From the NCBI RefSeq assembly GCF_009914755.1, contig NC_060932.1: DNA of 64,000 nt, one strand, 5' to 3'. How positions within the stretch are numbered: position 1 is the first letter of the stretch; each line of letters begins with the position of its first letter. The position numbers and the translations under genes are program-made. Shown piece after piece: positions 43,648-57,688 of this stretch. This stretch comes from the human T2T-CHM13v2.0 reference genome, Homo sapiens. The notes beneath the pieces were generated by a model. That model was given only the letters and a program-made list of their open reading frames with translations, made no database searches and was not told the origin of the DNA.

Positions 43648-44662
43648 AATAGGAAACCCTGGACCTCTATGATGAGGTTCCTCTACCTCTGTCCCAGGAG
43701 CATCTTGGTTTGTGATGGAGACTCTGTAGGTCCTAATTGGATTCCAGGTGGGCTGGTGGATCCCTAATCCATGTGTAATGCTCTGTGATGTGTAGAAATG
43801 CACCCATCTTAGCAAGAGGGGGAGGGGAGGGGAGACTGAGGCAAGAAAATCTTACCCAGAAAAGCCCAGCTTCAGGGAAGACAGAGTGGCAAGTTTGGGT
43901 TTTCCCAAAGGACAGAGAAATATTCTAGAACAGTTTATACAGGGCCAAGGAAGCATAATACCTGATGGTACAGGTGTCTATGACCCACAGCTCAGTTTGA
44001 ACAATTCATTTAAGGTAGGATTTAGGCTAATGACTAATGTGACTGTGGAGCTGACCTTACTCAGCAATACCTCCTCTCTCAATATTCCAAAACTTAGAAT
44101 GAAGAGGACAAGGGGATAATTAACGATTAAAAGGGGGTGGGCTGCAGGTTTCCTCTCTTGGGATGAGAGCAGTCAGCATGCCATGGGCATCTGAGAGTGG
44201 GCAGGAGCAGTGGACAATGGAAGTGATATGGACTGCAGAAAGGGAAACACAGGGTGGAAGAGGGTGGTTCCCCAGAAAAGGCCCGCCCTCAAGCCTGGAT
44301 ACCATGGCCCTAAATGAGAACAGGAATTCCCGTTTTCATGCCCAAAAAGTTGCCTTTTGGCCCACCATGACCCCTATCTTGTACTCACATAAACCTTGAA
44401 CTCTAGCATCCAGAAGCAGACAAGCAGATGAGGAGGCAAAACAAGCAGACGGGCAGCAGAATGACATGGCAGAGAAAGAGAGAAGAGGAGGAAAGTCTGA
44501 ACACTGAGAGGAGTTTGGCTGGGGTCAGTTGGAGAGGAGTCTGGCCACTTGATGGCTCAACTCCAGGGGAAGGTCATCTTCCCACTCCGTTCCCCTCTTC
44601 CAGCTCCTCATCCATCCCACTTATTGCTACCTCCACCACTCAATAAAACCTTTCATTCATCC

Positions 44663-45133
44663 TGACAGAGCAGGAGCATCACGATCTTGGACAAGCACGG
44701 TCATTTTAAAGTTCACCTTGATCAAAAACTGCCTAAATCCAAAGGGCATCAGCCTAATGGGTAAGGTCAGCATGACCATAAACCACAAATAACATCTCCG
44801 ACTAGAAACATTCCAAACTTCTCCCTGACCACAGACATATCAGCCCCAAGATAACCTCCCCTCTGGCTGGAGAGATGTCAGCCTCAAGATAACCTCCTCT
44901 CTGACCAGAGACATTCCAACCCTGCCATAAACTTCTCCCCTACACAGAAACATTCCAAGCTTGTGTTAAGCTCTCTCACCCTAAAAAACCAATAAAGACT
45001 CTTAGTCCATAAGAGAGAGCGCTCCTGACCGAAATCATCCAGAAGCCTCTCTCAGGTTCATTCTCCAAAATATATCTGTCTTTGACTGTTGGGCCACTTT
45101 TTGTGTTTCTTTCCTCTTTCTTTAACTCTTACA
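44663..45133 (+). mobile_element. Solo LTR19-like element inserted in the 5' LTR
   Basis: tgacagagcaggagcat...ctcttaca; perfect 5-bp TSD catcc. Confidence 0.85.
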
Positions 45134-45646
45134 CATCCTTTAAGCCCATGTGTGACCCAATTCTTCCGGGCAGGAGCTGGAATACAGAAAGCAGTCACAT
45201 TGTCCCTCTGCCCTTGCGAAAAGGCAGAGGGTCTACTGAGCTGGTTAACATAAGCCATATGTGAACGGCAAAGTGGAAAGAGCTTTGTAACACTGGGGTT
45301 GCAGGCACCCACCCCCTAGACACTACCATGGGTCTGGAACCCAAAGCACTCAACCTGGCTCCTGCACCTCCCTGTCTGAGTGGTCCCCCTCCCATTAGGG
45401 GTTTGAGCAGTGGTGGCATTGAATAGGCAAGCCACACCCCTGTCACACCTCCTGTGAAGAGATCCAGGAACTCTCCTGTTTCAGCTGGGGTCCTGTCCAG
45501 AATACAAAGAAAGGTGAGTTAAAAAGCAAAACTGTCAGATCTGCCTCTTCTCCAAGACTCTGCCACCTCTCTCTTTCCTGCTCTGTTTCTCTCCGGGGAG
45601 GTCTAGCCACCACATGGGACTGGAGTAAAGCCATGGGGCAACGAAA

Positions 45647-45685
<39 letters not shown>

Positions 45686-46789
45686 AAAGGCTCCAGGACT
45701 GAATTCCGTAGGCCAAGACCGCAGACTTCCTTTGGTGTCTTTTCTTCTCTCAGTTTAAAATGGCTCTTATCTCTTCCTTTATAACGTCAAAGGCTTTGCT
45801 ACAGGCTGCGGCAATAATATTAAATAGAATGAGCATTTGGCTCAGCCATCAAAGATGCAAATCAGAACAAATACTTCCCATTTGTTCTTAAATGTGCCAT
45901 CCCCAGCCTGACAGCCACAGGCACGTGTGGCCCACAGCACATCCTCTCCTTACTCCCTCCTGTCCTGACTCAGGCACCTAGAGGTGTCCACAGCATGCAC
46001 AAGAGGGACAGGAAAAGACTGTGGCTGCCACAGGGACCCAGCACAGCCAGCTACCTGCCCATTGTGCCAAAAGAACATTTCCTCCCCAGCCAAGGAATTT
46101 AGCCAGGTCTGAACCAGAGGAAGAATACAAGGATTAAAGGGACCCACTTTGCACTGAGCAAGGGGTTCTTCCTCCAGGACCTTCCTCTTTCGCCTCATAA
46201 GCTGTTTTTTCTTTTTTACATTTTCTAAGAGAGGGTTCCTACCCCCAGCACTCTGCTTATAATAGAGAAAATAATGGAAGAGTGACCCCTACTGGCTGAT
46301 TACTGAAAATTCAGCAGGGCTCATTTGAGACAATCTAAACAGATACAGCCCCTGAAATACTTTGTCTCAAACTCGATTCGAAGCGTCAGGCTGAAGTCTT
46401 AGCAAGGAAAATCAGATTTGAGGGATCCAAAGCCAGGCAACAGGCACAATGTAAATGGGCAGGACCAATTCCTGCCAACTAAACCACCCCCACCTCATGA
46501 AAGGAGGCCATGTTCCATGGCATAATGAGGCCCAGGGAACTCAAAGTTTGCCAATAGTTGGGAAGATGGAGGCATAGGTGAGAGTGGATAATTCCTATTC
46601 TCTAGGCCTTCCCTGCTTCAAGGGTGCATGGTGCATTAGCACCCATGGTGGCACCTGCTAAGGTTGCCAGAACTTGAGGACAAAAAGATGGAAGAGAAAG
46701 GGAGGATGTTTGCTTTCTCTCTCACACCCTGGGTTTTCACTGAAAGAAAGAATAGAGTTGAGGGATGCCTCTATTCCCTGTCTTTCAGA

Positions 46790-48092
46790 ACGGGCAACCA
46801 GCTCTCTTTACCACCCCCAGCTTATACTCCTCTGGAGTGTATTCTGAACCACTGGAACTGCTTTGACACTCAGAATATGGAGGAAAAATGCCTCATAGCC
46901 CTCTGCATAAATTTTTGGCCAACTTATGGACTGGAAGACCATTCATTTCAATACCATCAGGCAGTTGGACCTTTTCTGTAGACATGAGGACAGATGGTGT
47001 GAGGCCCCATATGGGCAGGCTTTCTATACCTTGAAAGGCAATCCAGACCTTTGCTAACAGTGTAGGATTGATCCAGCCCTCCTGTTTGTTGTCTCAGGAA
47101 AGGCTGCAAGGGGTGAGCCAAGGGAACTAAAGATACAAATCCTAGAGGCACCCCCAGAAGAAGAGCCAGCTCCCTCAAGCCCTGCTCCTCCAGGTCCACC
47201 TCAATCTCCCTATCCAACTTCAGCCTCTCACTTACCCCCTCCTAGAAATCCTCACCTGAGACAAGCCCCAGTCTCACTCTTGCCCTTCCAACAGATGCCT
47301 CAGATGCCTGGTGAATTTGACCCCAGTAAAGTCCAGATCCCCTTCTCTCTACAGGAGTTAAAGCAAATTAAGGGGGATCTTGGCAAGTTTTCAGATGACC
47401 CTGTCCAATATATAGAGGCTTTCCAGAATTTCATCCAAGTATTTGAACTCTTCTGGAGAGACATTGTTACTCTTGAATCAGACCCTGACAGACACTGAGA
47501 AGCAGGCTGCTCTGCAAGCAGCAGAGATTTGGGGATGAGCTTTGTATCACATACAGCATCAGGGAAGAGGGCGAAAATTATCCAACTGGAAGAGAGACAG
47601 TACTAATGAATTACCCTGGATGGGATCCCAATGGTGAGATGAGAGACTGGAAGAGGAGACAGTTTCAGGTTTGCATAATGGAGGGCGTGTGTAGGACCAG
47701 GACCAAGCCTCTCAATTACACTAAGTTATCCATGATTGACCAGGGAGTTGATGAAAATCCCACTGCCTTCTTGGAAAGGCTTAGAGAGGCCTTGGTAAAG
47801 CATCTCTTTACCTCCTGATTCAGTTGTGGAACAACTAATCCTGGAGGATAAGTTTATTATTCAGGCAGCCCCTGATATCAGGAGGAAGCTGCAAAAAACA
47901 GGCCCTGGGACCAGATAGTACTTTACATAACCTCCTGAAAGTAGCCATCTCAGTCTTTTATAATAGAGACAGGGAGGCCCAGGAAAGACAGGGGAAATAC
48001 AGGAAAGAGACAAGGGCTTTAATATCCACCAGGCAAGCCCACAAACCCCAGAATTCCCAGGGTGTACCTGTTAACTGCTACAGATGTGGCAA
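46790..48092 (+). pseudogene. gag: Disrupted gammaretrovirus-like gag
   Basis: TPLECILNHW (matrix), PFSLQELKQIKGDLGKFSDDP (capsid), QGVDENPTAFLERLREAL (MHR), NCYRCGK (truncated zinc knuckle); frameshifted. Confidence 0.85.
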
Positions 48093-48311
48093 GACAAGCA
48101 GACCAGCAGATGAGGGGTTTGAGCGGTGGGTGACCGAACGGGTGAGCCACTCCCCTGCCGCATGTCCTGTGAGGAAGATCAGTGATCTCTCTTGTTTCAG
48201 AAGGCTATAAAGCTTATGATGTAACAACTTCCAAAGTTACAAAGACACAAAGCCGCTCATCTCCCACTAAAGGATCATGGAGGGTAGAAGAATCAATAGA
48301 CACAAGCTTGT

Positions 48312-48427
48312 ATGCTTTTAGTCATATGATTTATTTTTTTCTGTGAAGTTGAAAGTTTTAAGTTAATGGTGAGTTTCTTGGTAATATCCTTTCTTCATCC
48401 GATGGCTTTGATTTTATCACTTCGTTA
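48312..48427 (-). pseudogene. ADAM3A: ADAM3A-like non-coding terminal exon
   Basis: Acceptor tttctgcatttcctctgcaacag|T; AATAAA 48330-48335(-); 3' end estimated. Confidence 0.72.
48330..48335 (-). terminator. Polyadenylation signal AATAAA (ADAM3A)
   Basis: Minus strand aaAATAAAtcat. Confidence 0.7.
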
Positions 48428-48879
48428 CTGTTGCAGAGGAAATGCAGAAAAATAAAAATGTTAAATCTTCATTGTTAATAAAAGCTGTTATTTACTATTC
48501 AACTATTAGTAGAACACTTAATTAGTATAATGAGACACTGATTATACTGGTGAAGTCTGTGTCTGTGATTCAGGAAGTTTATAAATCTAAATTTATTTTC
48601 CATAAATGGATTGTAATTGCTACATTAAAAGGGAATATTACAAATTGATATTTATATTTTTAATTTACATAGTCTCTAAACTTTACATGGATAAATGAAA
48701 ATCATCAACAAAGAGACAGAAGAAAAATATAAAGGAAAACCACAAAAAGGAAACAGAAAAAAACAGCAATATAAATATGTGAAAAAATAATAAAGAATTA
48801 CTATACATTTTTCTCTATGTATCTGAGGAGGAAAAGAACTTCCAAAAACCCTCTGTGCATTTCCAGTGGGTTCTTAAAT

Positions 48880-50150
48880 ACACTTGTTCAAAGACAAACT
48901 AACTCTTCACTCCCCTCCACTTCCTCACCCCAAACCAAACCAGTTATTTCTCTACTACACAATGTGTCACTGGTAAAAGGTGTCACTATCCATTCTGTCA
49001 GAAGAGTGGAGGTTTTTTTAGTTCTCTCTTTTATTCTAACCCATAAACGTCCATCCAGTCACTACTCTAACAGATTGGGCCTCTGTCATACCTCTGAAAA
49101 TGTTTTTGTGCTTTTCCTCCTCTCCAATCCTGTCCTCATCACACCTTTCTTGTGCATTCAGCAGTCTCTTAACTGCTTCACTACTTTCCATTTGTGACTG
49201 AATCTACTTTCCCTATTTTATCCCAGTGAAATTTGTAAACTGCAAGACATATAGTACCAAATCCCTTTCTTACCATCTTAAAAAGTACCTTACCTATGTT
49301 CTTAGTCATATAGAAGAATATTTAAACTCCTTATTGTGGCATACAAGATACTTATTTTGGCTTATAGTTACCTACATGGATTTTACATCTCAGCATTCAT
49401 AAACTTGCAAATTCCCACACTTTGGGAGGCCAAGGCAGGTGGATCATGAGGTCAGGATATCGAGACCATCCTGGCCAACGTGGTGAAACCCCATCTCTAC
49501 CAAAAATGCAAAAATTAGCTGAGCATGGTGGTGTGTGCCTGTAGTCTCAGCTACTTGGGAGGCTGAGGCAGGAGAATCGCTTGAACCCAGGTGGCAGAGG
49601 TTGCAAGTGAGCCGAGATCACACCACTGCACTCCAGTCTGGGCAACAGAGTGAGACTCCATCTCAAGGAAAAAAAAAAAAAGCCAAAATTTTGTAAATAA
49701 GGAAGGGTGGTTTTACTTTTTAGCCTTGCTATTTTCCTGCTGTATATCAATAGCCATATTATTTAAGCATTTTTTCTTACATTCTGCATCCAAACTGTCA
49801 GTACATTCTGTTGTGTTACCTTCAAAATGTATCCATAAGACCATCCTTACCACCCCTGGTCTGAAGCGCCATCTTTTCTCTCCTGGATTACTGCAGTAGT
49901 TTCTCCACATCTACTCTTGCCATCATATAGACTGTTTTCAACAAAGCAGCTTTTTAAAGGGTAAGTCACATGCTTAGAATCTGCACCATCCAGTGATTCC
50001 TCCCTTTCACTCAAAGTAAAAGACAGATGGCCTCCAAGAGTGCCAAGACCCTCCATGGGTGTTACTTCTCTGGCCTTATCACAACTGCAACCCTCTTGGT
50101 AACTCTGCTCCAGATAGAATGACATCCCTGATATTTCTCCAACATTTCTG
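48880..50150 (+). mobile_element. L2 fragments
   Basis: taccttcaaaatgtatcc...ctctcctggattactgcagtag L2 motifs on both sides of an Alu. Confidence 0.65.
49411..49681 (+). mobile_element. AluSc-like, slightly 5'-truncated
   Basis: atcgagaccatcctggccaac diagnostic; A tail. Confidence 0.92.
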
Positions 50151-50786
50151 ACTTATTTTAGCATCATATCATATATATGTTTTGAAAGCTGCTGTGAAGA
50201 TATTTGCATGGATAATGCCAGTATATGCCTGTGTGGGATAGATTTGATGTGCAGCTGGAATGGAAAAGCTCTATCTTTATCTCTGGGAAAGCCTGGATGT
50301 CTGGTTTTGACTTTTTCCCAGGATAAGGGGAGTAGTATTTATGATGAGCCATTTACAATTTAAAATAAGAAAGCTTGGGCCATAGCATCTCTCTAATTCC
50401 CAATGCTTAGTGGCAGATAAGGAAACAGAGACCCACTGACTTAACTATAAACAAAGTCAGATATGAGGGAATGGCAGCTAAGTAATTAGATGAACTGTTG
50501 ATCTCCACTCTTGGTTGAAGTTTTGAATTTTCCATTTACTCCCAGTGATAGGCCTAACACATCAAATATAATTATTTCTTTACACATATGAATTAGAACT
50601 TTGAACAATATATATGAATGTATATTTATCCCATCTTAAAGATTAAAAAAAAAGTATCGTTCTGCCTTTGAAGAAAGGTGCATTTAACATTTTGCCTGGC
50701 ATCTCATGTGTCTCAATCAATGTAAATTCCATTCCCAATCCCCAGTCATATATCAGGCTATATTTGTTCCAGATTGTGGCAATCTT

Positions 50787-50960
50787 AAGAGTTTAAATTC
50801 TGAAGTCGGATTGTCTTAAGTTAAACTCCACTACAATACTCACTAAAATTCTATTTTCCTGGGGAATCAATTTATTTCCTTTTATCCATTTCCTCATCTC
50901 TAAAATATGGGTAACAATACCTATGACATTTTAGTAAGGATCAATCATCGTAAATGTGGA
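50787..50960 (+). mobile_element. MIR
   Basis: tttcctcatctctaaaatatgggtaacaatacct core. Confidence 0.65.
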
Positions 50961-51315
50961 GAGACAATCTGTGTAAATCGCCCAATGAGAACCTTACATA
51001 AGGCCAGAGGAGATAATGATTGTTTATGAATATTTTACAAAAATATTTATAATCTCTTTAACATCATTCCTTATTACAAAAATGTTGTTCAATAAATCTC
51101 TGGCTAAATATTAGTTAACATTAAATATTTCTAAATAAGTATAAAACATAATTAACATCAAATATATTTTCTTATCTTTGTTTTACTATATAGTATTAAT
51201 ACATAGGAGTCAAGATGATGAAATATGGGAATAATAGTTTTCTCATACTGAGGTATTGTTAAAAGTAAAAAAATACTCCATGAGTATTATTTCTTAACAA
51301 TTTATTTTACGTCAC

Positions 51316-51366
51316 CTTTAACTCTGTGACTGGCTGCTGTTACTACTGCTGTCTTCTGAGATAGAT
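51316..51366 (-). pseudogene. ADAM3A: ADAM3A-like last coding exon (SISEDSSSNSSQSQS, stop TAA 51320-51318)
   Basis: Acceptor ctcttttatacag|A, donor AAG|gtgacg; 51 nt; phase matches the TM exon. Confidence 0.88.
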
Positions 51367-52158
51367 CTGTATAAAAGAGATAACATTAGGAAACACTGTA
51401 ATCTTGAGCGAAATCAAGAAAAGCTTAAAAAGCTACATTTGCACTAATTAATCAATTAATATGTATCAAGTGGCCAAGTGCAAGCAGAGCAGTCAATTTG
51501 GAAACAATGGACATAGACAAGAAGGGGTGATGTCAATTATAAAGACTTCGAGTGACAAAGAGATTGACCTAGTTCCTGATCATCTGGTTCATTGCTATTT
51601 TGCTTCAGCCCTACTTCATTTCTTACCCTGGCAGCCCTGAAACCACTTACTGTTATAAAACTTAGGCTGTTGTGACCAGATTTTGTCAGTTTTAATCAAT
51701 GATCCCAGTTATTCTTTCTTTTGAATTATCAAATCCCTACATATTCATAAAGCAAATTATGGTTTGATGTGGTGTTAGAGTTAAAAAAAAAAGCTGTGCA
51801 AGTACCTTACTTATAATTTCAGAAAAACATGAGCCATATTAATTATGCACAAAATACAAAGTATCCTATCTGAGTTCTCTCCCTCATTCTGTACCATCTC
51901 CAATTTTTCTTACCTTCTACATATTCTATTCACAAAATTTTCTTCCCTGACTATTTCTGTGGACCTTTTTGGCACAACTGGTTGTCAATGCAAGAGAAAT
52001 GGGGTTCCTTGGGAAGTCAACAGAACTTCCTAAACAATTGTAGAAAACTTGGCTTTCTATGTGAAAGGCAATGAGGCTTTACTGAATAGCTTTAATTGTT
52101 CTTGGCCCTGTAAGAACAGGCAGGATACTTAGATGATTGAAATAAAATAAAAACATAA

Positions 52159-52503
<345 letters not shown>

Positions 52504-52604
52504 TAATCCAAACCATCCTAGAGTCTCTTCTTGGATTCTGAATTGCACTGAATTCTTCCCACAATGAATTTTAATATTAAATTAAAAATAATACATTTAC
52601 TTAC

Positions 52605-52770
52605 CTGCTGCTTACTGTTCCCACTTTGCTCCAAAATCTCTTCATTTTATTCCATTTAAGACTAACAATAGCAATTAAAATGAGCAAAGGTGAAAAAATG
52701 TAGAAACTGATCAAAAGACCATTGTTTTTAGGAGCAGCACGTCGTTTTGGAAGCAAGGGTACACTTTTTT
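52605..52770 (-). pseudogene. ADAM3A: ADAM3A-like transmembrane exon
   Basis: Acceptor tcatgttttcag|, donor CAG|gtaagt; 166 nt, phase 1-2; hydrophobic GLLISFYIFSPLLILIAIVSL followed by KWNKMKR. Confidence 0.92.
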
Positions 52771-53039
52771 CTGAAAACATGAGAGTACATTTTTAACTAT
52801 TTGAAAAATGATGAAATCATACCAGAATTTGAATTATAGAAATTTAGAACTCAACACAGTTAAAGAATGAATATATTTGAATTTAAAAGTGTTTTTAGCC
52901 TTCTCTGACTGGGCCCCAAAGTGCATTATACATTGTGTATGTCAACTCAATACACTTATACATATAATTGACAATACACAGTCATTGGCAATATGTAATA
53001 TTGTCATGAATGTACTTATTTTATTGACAGTAAAATTTT

Positions 53040-54550
53040 TATTCACATAAAACACATATTTATTGACATAAATTTACTTATAATCCCTTCATGTATACTT
53101 AATATTTACTTATATGATATAATCTATTTTAGTGTATCATATTTCTTTTTGTGAACTGCATTAAGTACATTCACATTGATGTGCAACCATCACCACCACC
53201 CTGCTTCAGAACTTTCTCATTCTGCAAAACGGAAATATTTTACCCATTCAATATTAACCCACCATTTTTCCCTCTCCCCAGAGGAGCCACCATTATTCTA
53301 CTTTGACTCCATGAATCTGACTAACCTAGGTACTAATGGAAGCAGAACTCAGCACTGGCAACCACCATTCTACTTTGAGTCTGAGTTTGACTGCTCTAGG
53401 TACCTCATAGAAGCAGAATTGTATAATATTTGTCATGTTCTGACTGGCTTATTTCACTTAATCATAAGGTTTTCAGTTTATATCTACATTGTAGGGTGTG
53501 ACAGGATTGTTCATTTCAAGGGTGAATAATCTTCCATTGTATTTCTACACCTTATTATGGTTATCCATTTATTTGTCAATAAACATTTGGGTTTTCCATG
53601 TTTTGGCTATTGTAAACAATGCTGCTATAAGCATGGGTATACAAATATCTGCTCGAGTCTCTGCTTTTAATTTTTTTGGGCATATACGTAGATGTGGAAC
53701 TCCTGGATAATATGCTAATTCTGTGTTTAATATTTTTAGCAACCAGCATGATGTTTTCCACAAAGACTGCATTATTTTACATTTTCACCAGCAATGCAAA
53801 GAGTTCCAATTTTTTCATATCCTGGTCAACACTCGATATGCTTTGAATTTTTCTTTGTAATAGCCATCCTAATAGGTACAAATTGGTATTTCATTATGGT
53901 TTTTACTTGTAATTCCCCAAGGATTAGTAATATTAATATGTGAAAAACACAACTTTTTCTGTGCTTACTAGCCCACTCCACAGCTTTACATTTCCTCAAA
54001 GATGTATTAAAAGTATGCAACTACTTTGCCCATTTTTAATGAAATTATTTGTTTTGTTGTTGTTATTGACTTGTAAGAGTTCTTTATATATTCCTAATAT
54101 TAATCCCTCATTATATAGATTATTTTCAATATTTTTGCCCATTCTATGGATTATCTTTTCACTCTTGATAGTATCCTTTGATGCACAACAGTTTGTAATC
54201 ATGATGGATCCTAATTTATCTGTTTTTTTCATTTACTGATGGTGCTTTTGGAGTCATATCAAAGAAATCATTGCCAAATTCCATGTTATTACAATTTCCT
54301 ATTATGTCTTCTGTTTTAAGGGTCTATAATATTAGTTCTTGCATTTAGATTGTTGATCCATTTTGAGTTAATTTTGGTATATGGTATCAACAAAGGCCCT
54401 ACCTCATTCTCTTGCATGCAAATACCCAGATATCTCAACATGATACATTGAAAAGACTGAACTTCCTCCAGTAAATGGTCTAGGCATTCTTGAAAATCAT
54501 TAGACCATACATGCGAAGATTTATTTCTGGGATCCATTTTTTATTCCTCT
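53040..54550 (-). mobile_element. L1MB2/3-type 3' portion
   Basis: gcattaagtacattcacattgatgtgcaaccatcacc; antisense ORF2 end. Confidence 0.78.
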
Positions 54551-54793
54551 GGAAAATTTCAGCTTTCTTATATTTTTGTCCAATGTGATATATCAACTGT
54601 CAAGAAAGTACAACAAAGTCCTGGAGACTTCTGTCTTTCTGTCATAGCTTTTGTTGAACACATTTGAGAATTCAGCCTTTTTTTTTAACTGCTTGTAATA
54701 ATATGAGGAAGACTATTGATGAAACAAAATATTATACAATTATTAATCTGACAAATGCAAAGAAACATAAAGCAACAGTTTAGCCTGTAATGA

Positions 54794-55151
54794 TTATCTT
54801 AGTCTGTTCAGGCTGTTGTAACAAAAATATCATAAACTGGGTGGCTTACAAACAACAGAAATGTATGTTTCATCGTTCTGGAGGCAGGCAATTCCAAAAT
54901 AGAGGCACTGGCAGATTTATTCTCCGGGCCTATTTCCTGGTTCATAATAATCTTCTCGTTCTAATCTTACATAGTGGAAGGGATGAAGGATCTCTCTTGG
55001 TTTTCTTTTATTAGAACACTAATCCCATTCAAGAAGTCTCTGCCTTCATAACCTAATTAGATACCAAAAACTCCACCTCCAGGTGCCATCACATTATGAA
55101 TTAGGTTACATGACAAAAATGTTGAGGAATGCAAACATTTAGTCTACAAAA
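54794..55151 (-). mobile_element. MLT1A-type LTR
   Basis: tcttagtctgttcaggctg...aaactgggtggcttacaaacaacagaaat...caaacatttagtct. Confidence 0.78.
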
Positions 55152-57211
55152 ATGTTGCAATTGACCATATAAATGAAATATCAGACTACAAATCTTTAGA
55201 TGATGATATCCTAATTTTTTTCAAGTGAAGAATCAGTGAGTCAATGATATATTTCAAAAGACAAAATGGATACATAGAATTCTCATCCAGTAATCATATA
55301 ATAGGAAGGACTTCAGCAAGCAATATTTTTCATAAATACCTGGGGTTTCTTGGACTGTAAATAAGATCTAGAATAAATAGTATTCCAGCTTCTATGGAAG
55401 ATGTTCATGAACATTTATTGGATATTGTTCACAAGTGGACACAGTGAAGTTAAATATTTATGCAGAGTTGATTGAATGGAGTCAGTGTAGGAGTTTAAAA
55501 ACTGAGTAATTATTTTAGATGTTTATTAAAATGAACTGAAAATATTTTAATTATAGTACAAACAGGATAACATCAGGAAAACTGTGACCATCAAAGTTGT
55601 CTTTTGAAGATGTAAATGCACACACAAAAAAAGAATCACAAAGTATAGTCACCTCTAACCTACTAGAGATGTACTTCAAATGTTCCTTGCAGTCATAGAA
55701 AGGATATGTTCTAGATCCATGTTTGACAGCAGGAACTGTATTCAAAACACATAGAACACTTTAGTTATATACCCTTCAAAGACTAGAGTAAATATTGAGC
55801 TTTCTATATTTAAAATTTTTATTGAAATTTTTCATAAAGCTGATTTCACTACTTTTATTTCTACTTTTATATATTTCCTGTAATATGTTTTTTATATAAA
55901 AAATAGTTTTGGGCCTACAAGTTATAGGTAACTAATAAGGGTTAATTTCAGGCAAAATAGAATTCAAGAGAAAGATAAACATTACAGAAATAATAAAAGC
56001 AACAATGCACCAGAAATAAATCTAAACTACACATACAATAATGAAGAAACAAACTAACTGATAAAATGAAAAAAAGTACATAATTATGATTAGAATTTTT
56101 AAAAACTCCTCTCTTAGTAATTGATAGAAGTAAAAAGAAATCAGTTGGTCAGTTCCATGAAAAAGCATAAGCTACTTTAACTCATCTAATATGAAATAGA
56201 TAACATTATTGTTTACATATTTATTAAGAAAATATTTATTTAAGAAAAATCTTTATTTTAAAAGCTCCCCACAGAATAAATCTCCAGACCCATATGAATT
56301 CACTGGACATTATTACTAAATATTTTTTAATGCTAATTTTAAGCAATCACTTCTAGAATACAGAAGAGGAGTAAACACTTCCCAATTCATTTTATGATAT
56401 CAGTTTTAGTTGACAACAAAACAAGACAAAAACAAGTACAAGGAAGAGAGAGAGAGAGAGAGAGACAGAGACAGAGAGAGAGGCAGGCAATATCTCTCAC
56501 CAACCTAGACACAAAAATCCTCAACAGAATATTAACAAATCAAATTTAGTAAAGTACAAAAATTAATAAATAATGATGAAGAATTTATTCTATACTTTCA
56601 AAATTGGTTCAAAATTAAAAATCAATGTAATTGATCATATCAGTGGACTACAAGGTTCATACATTCCTATCAACCGATACTAAAAAGCATTTGAAAAATT
56701 AATACTGTTAATAACAAAACATCTCAATGAATACATATTAAAGGAAGTTCCTCAAACTAATAAATACTATCTACAAGAGCCCTACAGCTACCATCATACT
56801 TAATGGTGAATACTAAATTCTTTTCTGCTAAAATAATTATTAAGGAGAGTTGTTTACAACTCTTATTCAGCATAGGCCTGGAAAGTCTAGGAAGTGCAAT
56901 AAAATAATAAAAGTTATACATATTGGAAAGGAAGAAAGAAAGCTGTTATCTTCAAAGCTATTTGAAGATGGCATAATCACTTACGTAGAAATCCCAAAGA
57001 ACTTGCAAAAACAAAAAAAAATTCTCAGAAAACCGAATTCAATTATATTGGGAAATACAGGATTGATGTGCAAAAATCAATGGTATATTTGCATATTAAC
57101 AAGGAACAAGGGGAAATAAAAACACAAAAAACACCCAACATCACCTAAAATTGCTCTAAAGATAATGAAATAAAAATGAAATAATAAATGCATAGGATAT
57201 GGTAAAAATTA

Positions 57212-57303
57212 CAATAGTCTGATGAAAGAAATCAAAGCAGATTTCTTTGATTTCTTTCATCAGACTATTGAAGAATCAAAGCAGATTTCTTTGATTTCTT
57301 TCA
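57212..57303. repeat. Perfect inverted repeat (26-bp arms, 7-nt loop) plus 30-bp direct copy
   Basis: caatagtctgatgaaagaaatcaaag-cagattt-ctttgatttctttcatcagactattg; 57274-57303 repeats 57230-57259. Confidence 0.97.
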
Positions 57304-57688
57304 AATGGAGAGATATGCTGTGTTCATAGACTGAAAGACCCAATAATAATGAAGATGTAAATTCTTCCTAAATTGATTTGTAAAAATCACAGCAAGATTT
57401 TTACATAAAGATAGATGAACTCACGCTAGTATGTATGCATATAGAGAAAGAAGAGCTCTGAGAATAGTTGTAGCAATTTTGAAAAAAAAAAAAGAATTAA
57501 GTGACAGGAATTCCTTTTTTTCCCCCAATGTTAAAGAATGTGGTACTTGTGTATGGAATAAGACAAATCAATGGAACCGAACAGAGACCTAGTAAAATAC
57601 CAACAAAAATATGTTTAATTAATTTTTGACAAAGTTGCAAAAACAATTCAATAGATGAGAGATACCTTTTCTAAAAAATTGTGCTAGA

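Larger units (their letters stand above)
44224..48199 (+). mobile_element. Internally deleted ERV1 provirus (LTR1/27/28-type LTR, HUERS-P-like)
   Basis: 4-bp TSD gaag (44220-44223, 48200-48203); 5' LTR 44224-45483; degenerate tRNA-Pro PBS 45486-45503 (13/18); splice donor aag|gtgagt ~45513; gag remnants; 3' LTR remnant ~48093-48199. Confidence 0.88.

Noticed and set aside
48817-49197. 126-aa ORF
   Set aside because: Within degraded L2 in an ADAM3A intron, on the opposite strand; no protein features.
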